The translations under genes and the position numbers were made by a program. Source: a virus. From it: 64,000 bases of DNA. The stretch lies in the IMG/VR virus record IMGVR_UViG_3300021256_000097; one strand, given 5' to 3'. Shown here in pieces: positions 56,451-64,000 of this stretch. Numbering within the stretch: position 1 is the first letter of the stretch; each line of letters starts with the position of its first letter. Under the pieces are notes generated by a model that saw nothing but the letters and a program-made list of their open reading frames with translations, did not search any database and was not told the DNA's origin.

Positions 56451-56967
56451 AGAAGAAATCGTAATACTCGTCGTCCATGTCGGCTTCATCCTGAGCCTGA
56501 ATTAACTTGGCTAAGTCAGAATGTGAGCCTCTGGAAACAATACTATAAAAATAATCACGCTCTTCCATTACTCGGTATGCATTCTTTGCAGTATACTTAC
56601 CAACAATTTCTTCAAAATCTGTTGAGTTCATTTCTTCAACAGAAGTAACTTCAAACTTGTGATCATTTCCAAAATTACCTGGCACAATACTATGCTGTAC
56701 TATATCCCGAAATCCATCAAATGGACTTGGAATCTCAATATCATATCCAACAAGATATTTAATTTCTTCGTTGTCATTAGAAACTTTTACTAGTGCAAAC
56801 TTTTTGTGTTCTGGTCCTGGCTCATGAATATCCCATGATTCTTTGAGCTTAGAAGCAGCTTTATATCCAGCTTCAAAAGCTTGAAGTCCGAACTTTAGCT
56901 CTTTTGTACCAAGAGTTAAATCAAGAGTGTCAAGCCAGTCATTATACATTTTTGTACATTTTCCCAT
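56449..56967 (-). CDS. Hypothetical protein
   Basis: Minus-strand ORF with an RBS. Confidence 0.5.
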   Translation of the reverse strand: MGKCTKMYNDWLDTLDLTLGTKELKFGLQAFEAGYKAASKLKESWDIHEPGPEHKKFALVKVSNDNEEIKYLVGYDIEIPSPFDGFRDIVQHSIVPGNFGNDHKFEVTSVEEMNSTDFEEIVGKYTAKNAYRVMEERDYFYSIVSRGSHSDLAKLIQAQDEADMDDEYYDFF

Positions 56968-57050
56968 AGTTATCTCCTATAAAAATTAGTCTACAGAATT
57001 AGACTTTATTCTACGCAGAATACATATTATATATGTAGATAGGAGGAATT

Positions 57051-57353
57051 ATGCTTATTGTTATGTTTGGCGCTTGGAATGATGAGCGACATGAATATAA
57101 AGACCTCAATGAATATTTAGAAAAGAATAAGGACCAATTTGTTTGGTACGTAAACGCTTTCTTAGAAGAACATCATCCAGAAATGCCAAAGTTTGAGCTT
57201 ACTGATGAATGCAAAAAATTCTGTGAACAGTACGTAGAAAAACATGGTGCTGAAGCGCCTTGGTTTGCTTTGAATAAGGATGGATATTCTTATGAGCATA
57301 TAAGACTTAACAATTTAATTGTTGATGCAATCGCTATATTTTTGAACGTGTAA
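57051..57353 (+). CDS. Hypothetical protein
   Basis: Promoter 57022-57031 and an AGGAGG RBS. Confidence 0.5.
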   Translation: MLIVMFGAWNDERHEYKDLNEYLEKNKDQFVWYVNAFLEEHHPEMPKFELTDECKKFCEQYVEKHGAEAPWFALNKDGYSYEHIRLNNLIVDAIAIFLNV

Positions 57354-57404
57354 TTCTAGGCTTGTTCTGCGTAGAATACATATTATATATGTTTGGAGTA
57401 CAAT

Positions 57405-58163
57405 ATGACTATTGAAGTTGAAAATAAACAATTTAAGCTTAATGAAATTGAATCTCTTACATTTCAAACATATTTGGCAACATTGAAGGAAACTAAGCCA
57501 AACAAGGATAGATTCCGGATTGTAGTCATTAGCGATGGTGTTCCACAAGAGTATTACCTTCGTCCAAAGTCGCTTGAATATGTTAAAACTAGATGGTGTC
57601 CTACGGGCTTACTCCGAAAATGTGAGCATGTATTACTTGCAAGCAAGCCTTATGTTAAAGGTGAAGTTAGCCATGCAGAAGCACTTTACAAGAGACGCGC
57701 ATCAAATGATGCACAGTTTAAGATACTTTTGAGTCATGTATCAGAAATTGAAGCTGCAATTGGCTATACATTTAATAATAAAAACTTAATTGCTCAGGCC
57801 TTTATCCCTAAGGGCTGCGAAACAAGTATGGTTAATAGTGCTGCATTGGAATTGATTGGTGACCGAGTTCTTTATACAATTGTAATCCAGCATCTTGCAA
57901 AAGTTTGGACTAAAAGCATTAATGGCTATGTAATGGCCGTAAATATGGCTACATTCTCTGATAAAGCAACTGGAGATATTAGTAATCATACTTTTGCAGC
58001 ATTCTTTAAGAAAGCTGATCTTACAAAGTTTTTGCTTTCTACAACAAAAACTTCAAAGAAGATACTTGCAAATGGCTTTGAATCTATTTTCGGGGCAGTT
58101 GCAATTGATACAAATTACAATTTTGATACACTTAATAAAGTGTACGATAAGCTTACTGCATAG
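57405..58163 (+). CDS. RNase III-domain protein
   Basis: AALELIGDRVL (ERLEFLGD-like signature) and ESIFGAVAID (the second catalytic motif). Confidence 0.6.
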   Translation: MTIEVENKQFKLNEIESLTFQTYLATLKETKPNKDRFRIVVISDGVPQEYYLRPKSLEYVKTRWCPTGLLRKCEHVLLASKPYVKGEVSHAEALYKRRASNDAQFKILLSHVSEIEAAIGYTFNNKNLIAQAFIPKGCETSMVNSAALELIGDRVLYTIVIQHLAKVWTKSINGYVMAVNMATFSDKATGDISNHTFAAFFKKADLTKFLLSTTKTSKKILANGFESIFGAVAIDTNYNFDTLNKVYDKLTA

Positions 58164-58172
58164 GAGAATCAT

Positions 58173-58388
58173 ATGACAAGTAGCGATTATGAGTGCTGTA
58201 AATGTGGAAATAATGTATCAGTTGATAATGTTGGATTTCCAGATGGTACCAGTAAAGTTTATTTACTTTCTGATGATGAACATAATAATGTTGAATCAGC
58301 CGATATTCATTGTCCAAAGTGCGGCTCAAAAAATATGGAGTTTCTTCAGGGTGATGAAAACAACTGGGGCAATTATGATTGTGAATAA
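58173..58388 (+). CDS. Zinc-ribbon protein
   Basis: CCKCG...CPKCG. Confidence 0.5.
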   Translation: MTSSDYECCKCGNNVSVDNVGFPDGTSKVYLLSDDEHNNVESADIHCPKCGSKNMEFLQGDENNWGNYDCE

Positions 58389-58480
58389 AAATAAATAAGT
58401 TTGTCAAGCTGTAGAAGTTTTTATACTTCTACAGTTTAGTTTACATATTATAAATACAAAACAAATAAATGGAGGCAATT

Positions 58481-58978
58481 ATGGGTTGGGTATTTTCTCG
58501 ACGAATTACATCAGAAAATGTTGATGATTTCCAGGCAGCTTTTGAACGCGAAGTTATGCCACAGGTAAAAGAGTTCCTTAAAAAGTATGAGCTTGGAGAA
58601 TGCTCATCTTATGTATCATACGGCGACAATGGCCTTAGTGTAAAGGTATCTTCTAAGTATACACTTGCAGGTGGCGCAAAACCTTGGGCTGAATCAACTA
58701 TGCGTGAAGATTTTGAACGCTGGGCAAAGAATGCTGATACTACTGACGAACATGGTAAACGAGTTATTGCATTCGTTGATGCGCTTCCTTCTGGTAATCT
58801 TATTGGAAGGCATGTTCATATTCCTGGCTCTTCAAAAAGATACCCAGATGAAACTTTCACACTTACTGGTTACAATCCACATGCAAGATACCCTCTTGAA
58901 GTTACACGTGACCGTGACGGTAAGAAGTGGTCTTGGGAAGTAAATCTTGATATGAGGTTTGTTGATTACTCCAAATAA
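58481..58978 (+). CDS. Hypothetical protein
   Basis: Promoter 58443-58452 and a GGAGG RBS. Confidence 0.5.
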   Translation: MGWVFSRRITSENVDDFQAAFEREVMPQVKEFLKKYELGECSSYVSYGDNGLSVKVSSKYTLAGGAKPWAESTMREDFERWAKNADTTDEHGKRVIAFVDALPSGNLIGRHVHIPGSSKRYPDETFTLTGYNPHARYPLEVTRDRDGKKWSWEVNLDMRFVDYSK

Positions 58979-59058
58979 GTTGGTAAGGCTGTAGAAGTTT
59001 TTAGGCTCTACAGCCTTTATTTACATATAATAAATGTAAACTTAATAAGGAGGCAACT

Positions 59059-59364
59059 ATGGCTGGAGATTATTGGAACGACAGACAGTTTGTATCAACA
59101 TTTCCAACAGACTTCTCAATAGCAAATGCTTTTGGAGAAGCAGCTGTAAGAGATACTTATAAGCGCGCTTTTGAGGGCTGGAAAGACGACTACAAGATGC
59201 TCACTGATCTTGTTATCACACTTAACTGGATGATCTGGGCGTTGTATAAGAAGAATGAGGCTCTTGCTCGTGTATATAACGAGCTCTGGGAAAAAGCTAA
59301 AAACTACGCTGAATCTCACCTTAAGGGTGAAGCCATGACATACTACTTTCAGGAGACTGACTAA
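59059..59364 (+). CDS. Hypothetical protein
   Basis: Promoter 59023-59032 and an AGGAGG RBS. Confidence 0.5.
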   Translation: MAGDYWNDRQFVSTFPTDFSIANAFGEAAVRDTYKRAFEGWKDDYKMLTDLVITLNWMIWALYKKNEALARVYNELWEKAKNYAESHLKGEAMTYYFQETD

Positions 59365-59513
59365 TGTTACGAGAATTTTCAATTCGAATCCAGAATACTA
59401 AAACTGGTAAAATCGATATTATGACAGTAAGCGCCTTCGATTATGATATGGCTCTTACTATGGTAAGCGAGTTTGCTGCAAGTGAACCGAATATTGCAGT
59501 TCTTGGCTTCTAG
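59364..59513 (+). CDS. Small protein (49 aa), coupled (TAATG), not in the ORF track
   Basis: Overlapping stop and start. Confidence 0.3.
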   Translation: MLREFSIRIQNTKTGKIDIMTVSAFDYDMALTMVSEFAASEPNIAVLGF

Positions 59514-59535
59514 CTAAATTTATTGGAGGATAAAA

Positions 59536-59712
59536 ATGAAAAAACTTCATAAATCAGGTGATGGTATGATTTGTGGAGTATGCAGTGGTATTGCGGAATA
59601 CCTGGATATTGATCCAACTATTGTTCGTGCACTTTGGCTTCTTGCTGTATTTGGATGTGGTGTTGGGCTTATAGCATACTTCGCGCTTGCTTTAATTATG
59701 CCAGAAGAATAA
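59536..59712 (+). CDS. PspC-domain membrane protein (58 aa), not in the ORF track
   Basis: GDGMICGVCSGIAEYLDIDPTIVRALWLL matches the PspC domain consensus. GGAGGA RBS. Confidence 0.5.
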   Translation: MKKLHKSGDGMICGVCSGIAEYLDIDPTIVRALWLLAVFGCGVGLIAYFALALIMPEE

Positions 59713-59785
59713 AAAACAAATTCTATGCAGAGCTTTTTAGGCTCTGCATTTTTTATTTACATATTATAAATGTTTGGAGGTAACT

Positions 59786-60124
59786 ATGGATTTAGCAACT
59801 TTTAAGCAAAAAGAATCCGCATGTATGGAATATCTTGCATCAAATCCTGGTGGTAGTACTTGCTTAGATAAAGAGCATACTGATTTGGTTTTCAAAGATA
59901 CACCGGATTATATCATAACATATTATAAAGGTGAAGAATCTTGTAAGTTTGCTAAGCGATACAAGTCGTCTTTCTTTGCTGCTATACCTAATCCGAAAAT
60001 GACTGAGTTAGTTCGTAGAATGACCTTTGGTAGCATTGTTCGTACTCAGGAAGAATTAGACCTTATTTTGGCTGAGCATGGTCTTATTTTGACAGATTCC
60101 AGCCTTTGTAAAATGGAGTTATAA
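59786..60124 (+). CDS. Hypothetical protein
   Basis: Promoter and GGAGG RBS. The start was set to the ATG after the RBS. Confidence 0.45.
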   Translation: MDLATFKQKESACMEYLASNPGGSTCLDKEHTDLVFKDTPDYIITYYKGEESCKFAKRYKSSFFAAIPNPKMTELVRRMTFGSIVRTQEELDLILAEHGLILTDSSLCKMEL

Positions 60125-60126
60125 TT

Positions 60127-60369
60127 ATGGACAAGAAAACTTTTGAAACAAATGCATCAGTGCATTTTATTTTGGATGGCTGGGAGTTTGAGTGTCGTCA
60201 GTCACACACAGTAAATGATGGAAAATGGTACTTGTATCATTATTCCATTTCACGTGGAGATGACCAGATTGGTGTTGTATCAAATCCCTTCAGTAACTAC
60301 AGCGATTTCCTTTTAAATGCCGGAATTGTTGCTAAGGCTTGGATAAAAAAGAACGGAAAAATCTCATAG
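60127..60369 (+). CDS. Hypothetical protein
   Basis: Coupled start. Confidence 0.45.
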   Translation: MDKKTFETNASVHFILDGWEFECRQSHTVNDGKWYLYHYSISRGDDQIGVVSNPFSNYSDFLLNAGIVAKAWIKKNGKIS

Positions 60370-60423
60370 GATTTATACTTCTACAGATTTATTTACATAT
60401 TATAAATACAAACGGAGGTAATT

Positions 60424-60873
60424 ATGGGACATTATTCAAAGTCATATGTTATGGTTGAAGCACCAAAAGATTTTGCTTCATTCTGGAAACGCACTCGTGC
60501 ATGTGACAGAGATGGCTGTCATACAGTTCATGTGCACACAACAAAGTATTCTGATATGAAGTCCACCAAAGCGCGTACCACTGCTTTTCTTAATGAAGCC
60601 AAGAAAAACGTAAAGGGCAAATATGACTTACTCGATTCGCCTAACAGCTATACAGTAGAAGCGTACGATGTAGGTATTACTCAATATCAGGTACGCCAGA
60701 AGAAAAACAAAATCGTAAATCATAAGCGTACTGAAGTAACAATCTGTAAGGAATACAAATCAAAACCGGCTCATATTCCTGCTGGAGCATGGCTTGTAGA
60801 AATGCACCAGTATGTTATTTCTTATGATGGTCGCTGTTATGAGCCACAGGAGCATGGTGATGTCGACTGGTAA
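60424..60873 (+). CDS. Hypothetical protein
   Basis: Promoter 60395-60404 and a GGAGG RBS. Confidence 0.5.
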   Translation: MGHYSKSYVMVEAPKDFASFWKRTRACDRDGCHTVHVHTTKYSDMKSTKARTTAFLNEAKKNVKGKYDLLDSPNSYTVEAYDVGITQYQVRQKKNKIVNHKRTEVTICKEYKSKPAHIPAGAWLVEMHQYVISYDGRCYEPQEHGDVDW

Positions 60874-61249
60874 AAAATCCTTAAAAATGCCCTATATGAC
60901 TGGTTCCATTAATTGGAACAAGATATATAGCGACGCAAACTATCCTAGGACGAGAGAGCCTATTAAAGTAACTAAAAACCGAGCTGCTTATAAGTTCATA
61001 GAAAAGTGGGCTGATAAAAACTGCCACAAATATATGGACGACGAAGCAATGCGTACTGGTGGCGATGCGTATGGACCATATGAAATGTGTAGTATTGCTG
61101 AGCATGCTTTCATGATGGGTAGACTTTACGGGCGTACTGAAAGGGCTGAAGAAAAGAATAAAGAAATTAAAAAACTTCAGGCTAAGATCAAACGTCTGCA
61201 AGGCAAGGTAGATGAGTATAGGAATGCGACAGAAATGAAAATTTTGTAA
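60860..61249 (+). CDS. Hypothetical protein
   Basis: AGGAG RBS. It overlaps the upstream stop. Confidence 0.45.
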   Translation: MSTGKKSLKMPYMTGSINWNKIYSDANYPRTREPIKVTKNRAAYKFIEKWADKNCHKYMDDEAMRTGGDAYGPYEMCSIAEHAFMMGRLYGRTERAEEKNKEIKKLQAKIKRLQGKVDEYRNATEMKIL

Positions 61250-61319
61250 GTTTTTTATACTTTCTACATAGTATCTACATATAATAAATGTAAAACAAAA
61301 TCATTTGGAGGATTTTATT

Positions 61320-61589
61320 ATGAACATTAAGTTTAATTATGTTAATGCAAAAGGTGAAAAGAAAGCCCGCAACGTAATTGTAGTTCATGAAAGTACTGGT
61401 AAGATCTCTGGATTCGATCTTAAGTCACTCACACGCAGCGAAGCAGCAAAAGTTCGTAAGACCTTCGGAGCAAAGCCAGTTACTCCTTTCCCAACTGAAA
61501 AGACTTCGGTTGATTATGCAAAGTTGGGTATCCCGAAGGATGTGTTCGTTCGCAGCTACCGAACATTTAACAAAGCAGACATCCAGTAG
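61320..61589 (+). CDS. Hypothetical protein, a paralog of 54929..55264
   Basis: Promoter 61277-61286 and GGAGG RBS, plus the homology noted above. Confidence 0.5.
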   Translation: MNIKFNYVNAKGEKKARNVIVVHESTGKISGFDLKSLTRSEAAKVRKTFGAKPVTPFPTEKTSVDYAKLGIPKDVFVRSYRTFNKADIQ

Positions 61590-61667
61590 TAGATAACTGG
61601 ACCCAGTCCTGAATGTAGCCAATAAGTCCACCATGCCGGGTGGGCTTTATTATTTATGGAGCGAATC

Positions 61668-61856
61668 ATGAAAAAATTATTATCTGCATTATCTACAACT
61701 GCAAAAGTAGTTGGAACAGTCAGTAAAGCTCTTGATGGTAAAGCAAAACAAAGAGACTTTGAGAATACTACTTTTCTTGGCTCAGTAAATGAAAATCTTG
61801 AGACATTCAACGCAACTATGGCTGTTGCTAAAAAAATCAAAAAATATCTAAAATAA
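61668..61856 (+). CDS. Small protein
   Basis: RBS plus ATG. Confidence 0.4.
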   Translation: MKKLLSALSTTAKVVGTVSKALDGKAKQRDFENTTFLGSVNENLETFNATMAVAKKIKKYLK

Positions 61857-61907
61857 TTTTACTTTCATTCTACAGAATACATATTATAAATGTAATTGGA
61901 GGTAATT

Positions 61908-62123
61908 ATGGACGAATTGAAAAATATTGTTTTTGATGTAGTCGGTGAATATGTTGACCCAAATTGTTTAATCATTAGTAACAAGGGTGACCATTACTGG
62001 GTTATTTCAAGAGTGCGCATTGATGACGCGCTCCAGCATATGGCGCAGGATGACTTGGATAAGCGTCTTGCTGGAACCCGCTTTGATGACAAAGTAGTTC
62101 TTTATTGGCCGGTAGAAAAATAA
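61908..62123 (+). CDS. Hypothetical protein
   Basis: Promoter 61879-61888 and a GGAGG RBS. Confidence 0.45.
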   Translation: MDELKNIVFDVVGEYVDPNCLIISNKGDHYWVISRVRIDDALQHMAQDDLDKRLAGTRFDDKVVLYWPVEK

Positions 62124-62132
62124 TCTCAGGAG

Positions 62133-62450
62133 ATGAATATGGTACGCTGCGAAGGTGAACTTATAATCAATCGGAATCCAAAAGATATTCCACATCTTGT
62201 GCCCTACATTTCAAAAAAAGAAATTGAAGGCAAAAACAAATGGGTATTCAAGATTGATGACGTATATGAATCAAAAGCTGACTTCCTGAGATGGTATGAG
62301 AATACTGTTAAGAAGCCAATTCTTTTGGATGGTAAAACCAGACTAAATGGCAAGATAGTCATGACAGATATGGAAGATATGAACCAGAGCGGAGATTGGC
62401 TTATTAAAAATAATTTTCCATCATTCCAGCCAGTTTTACCAATGTTTTAG
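62133..62450 (+). CDS. Hypothetical protein
   Basis: AGGAG RBS. Confidence 0.45.
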   Translation: MNMVRCEGELIINRNPKDIPHLVPYISKKEIEGKNKWVFKIDDVYESKADFLRWYENTVKKPILLDGKTRLNGKIVMTDMEDMNQSGDWLIKNNFPSFQPVLPMF

Positions 62451-62492
62451 GCTTTCTACAGAATAGTCACATATTATATATGAGGTAAGAAT

Positions 62493-62888
62493 ATGACTAC
62501 TAAAACCAGAAAAAAGACTATTGAGGTAACGACTTATATTGCTGAAGATGGCAAGAAGTTTGATAATGAAAAAGATTGTCTTACTTATGAAGCAAAATGT
62601 TGGCTTAAAAAACATGAAGTAGCCTATAGTACTCATGATTGGACTGGCTATGTGATCAATAAGTCTGAGTGTCCAACTTTTTTGGATGTATATAGAAGAT
62701 TTGGAGAAGCTTATGGATATTATGCTAACCATATTCCAGCAGACTTAGAGAATGCGGATGGAGACAATTGGAAGTTTTTATTTAAGTTTGATAATGCTAG
62801 CCACAAGCTTTGTTTTTATGGAGCAGATTATGAGATGGCTTGTCTTAACTCAAGATATGAGAGCTTTTGTGAAGCTTTTAATCTTTAA
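62493..62888 (+). CDS. Hypothetical protein
   Basis: Promoter 62469-62478 and an RBS. Confidence 0.45.
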   Translation: MTTKTRKKTIEVTTYIAEDGKKFDNEKDCLTYEAKCWLKKHEVAYSTHDWTGYVINKSECPTFLDVYRRFGEAYGYYANHIPADLENADGDNWKFLFKFDNASHKLCFYGADYEMACLNSRYESFCEAFNL

Positions 62889-62954
62889 TAAAAGCTTTAT
62901 AGATTTTATACTTTCTACAGAATAATTACATATTATAAATGTTTGGAGGTGATT

Positions 62955-63407
62955 ATGTCATTAGAAGCTGAAAAGAACAAAATCATAAAAACCATGGATA
63001 AGGCTTATGAAGAGTCTGGTTACCATAAGGCTTATGAAGTATTCAATACTATGCAGCTTACATATCCTGTTAATCAGGTAAATGCTCGTGTACAGGAAGT
63101 GGAGGACAACTTTGTTGGTACTCTCAAAGAGATCAATGCTGAGAAAGAGCGTGTTAAAGCTCTTTACAAAGAGGCTTATCACAAAGACCTCTTGGAATAC
63201 AATAGAGCTATCAACGATATAAGAGACCATCTTATTGATCTTGCTGCAAAGGATGCTCTTCCTACAGAAGTTGCAAATAATGCTGAGTTTGTTAAAGCAA
63301 CTTGGTATTATGCTCTTTCAAAGGATGAGCCATATAACTGGGCTTCTGAGTATTCAGATTTCTGGGATACTTTTGAAGCTGGCATGAAAGCACTTAAGGG
63401 AGAGTAA
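62955..63407 (+). CDS. Hypothetical protein
   Basis: Promoter 62928-62937 and a GGAGG RBS. Confidence 0.5.
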   Translation: MSLEAEKNKIIKTMDKAYEESGYHKAYEVFNTMQLTYPVNQVNARVQEVEDNFVGTLKEINAEKERVKALYKEAYHKDLLEYNRAINDIRDHLIDLAAKDALPTEVANNAEFVKATWYYALSKDEPYNWASEYSDFWDTFEAGMKALKGE

Positions 63408-63410
63408 GCC

Positions 63411-63701
63411 ATGTGGAAGCCAACAGCTGAGAGAGCTAAAGAACTTAGAGCCTGGTATAAGGAAAACCTTGGCTTAAATCGTAATGATGTTTCAGTTACT
63501 AAGCAGCATGAAGGCTGTCTTAGAATTGAAATGAAAAATCCTAACTTGTCTGTAGAAACTAAAGACAAGATTTGGCAGGCTGCAAAAGGCCACGAGGACA
63601 TTCGCCGTGATGAATACACAGGTGAAATACTTCAGGGTGCAAATGACTTCGTATTTGTTTATGGTCCTGATGGTCGGACATATTGGCCATCCAAAAGATA
63701 G
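63411..63701 (+). CDS. Hypothetical protein
   Basis: Coupled start. Confidence 0.45.
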   Translation: MWKPTAERAKELRAWYKENLGLNRNDVSVTKQHEGCLRIEMKNPNLSVETKDKIWQAAKGHEDIRRDEYTGEILQGANDFVFVYGPDGRTYWPSKR

Positions 63702-63708
63702 AGGATAT

Positions 63709-63885
63709 ATGTGCCAAGCAAAAAGCTGTAAGAAATACAAAGATTGCAAATTAAAAGCTGGTTGTCAGGACTTCCGCTGTTCTAGCTATAAAAAAGCAGA
63801 AGGTAAGGAAGAAGAAGCAAATTATAAGTATAATCCAAATGGCAAGGTTAGTAACCTTAGTCAGGCTATTGGATATTGGTTGTAA
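63709..63885 (+). CDS. Small Cys/Lys-rich protein
   Basis: GAGGA RBS. CQAKSCKKYKDCKLKAGCQDFRC. Confidence 0.35.
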   Translation: MCQAKSCKKYKDCKLKAGCQDFRCSSYKKAEGKEEEANYKYNPNGKVSNLSQAIGYWL

Positions 63886-63945
63886 TTTAGGATTCATTCT
63901 TCTAAAGAACATATTATAAAAGTTCTTCAGAACAAGGAGTTTTAA

Positions 63946-64000
63946 ATGGCAAAAGCAAAATTTAATCGTGAAGACAACTTAATTGCAAAGTCTTTTAAGG
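63946..64000 (+). CDS. 5' end of an ORF that runs off the window
   Basis: Promoter 63909-63918 and an AAGGAG RBS. Confidence 0.35.
   Translation, partial: MAKAKFNREDNLIAKSFK

Noticed and set aside
8508-63918. Dozens of near-identical short repeats (ACATATTATA...) at regular intervals that could be mistaken for a CRISPR-like array
   Set aside because: The spacing is irregular, from 300 to 1500 bp. Each copy sits immediately upstream of an RBS and start codon. They are promoters, not CRISPR repeats.

Overview
The window reads as one contiguous stretch of a large, AT-rich virulent phage genome (likely a jumbo phage), not host DNA. I see no integrase or att sites. Nearly every gene has a GGAGG-type Shine-Dalgarno, so the host is probably a low-GC, SD-using bacterium. 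Most transcription units are very small, and each sits behind one highly conserved phage promoter, TATACT-N15-ACATATTATA(A/T)ATG. I counted more than 35 copies of this promoter, almost all on the + strand.

Recognisable protein-coding content:
- Nucleotide metabolism: thymidine kinase and dCMP deaminase.
- Replication: clamp-loader AAA+, DnaC-like loader, DnaB helicase, AEP-type primase, gp32-like SSB, and an NAD-dependent DNA ligase split into two separately promoted genes 2.1 kb apart.
- A Cas4/RecB-like nuclease.
- A MoxR-type AAA+ ATPase paired with a metallopeptidase-like/vWA protein.
- A ClpP-family protease and an Hsp90-like GHKL ATPase.
- PspA-like, PspC-like and SPFH membrane proteins.
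- A P-type cation ATPase and an HD-domain (p)ppGpp hydrolase.
- An RNase III-like protein.
- A sigma-70-family sigma factor, convergent with a 44-aa FlgM-like anti-sigma peptide.

The most unusual part is an RNA-centred block at about 43.9-47.9 kb plus 51.3-52.4 kb:
- A tRNA-Leu(UAA) split at the canonical U34/A35 position by a 687-nt group I intron carrying an HNH homing endonuclease.
- About 1.9 kb of ORF-free transcribed DNA holding a second tRNA, a tRNA-like T-arm/acceptor module, and a promoter-to-terminator ncRNA unit.
- That ncRNA unit lies directly upstream of a Ro60 (TROVE+vWA)-like gene, so it may be a Y-RNA-like partner.
- A complete phage tmRNA (tag ...AQNEYAMAA), followed by a free-standing GIY-YIG endonuclease.

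All calls come from reading motifs in the sequence by eye. I ran no searches or structure predictions.
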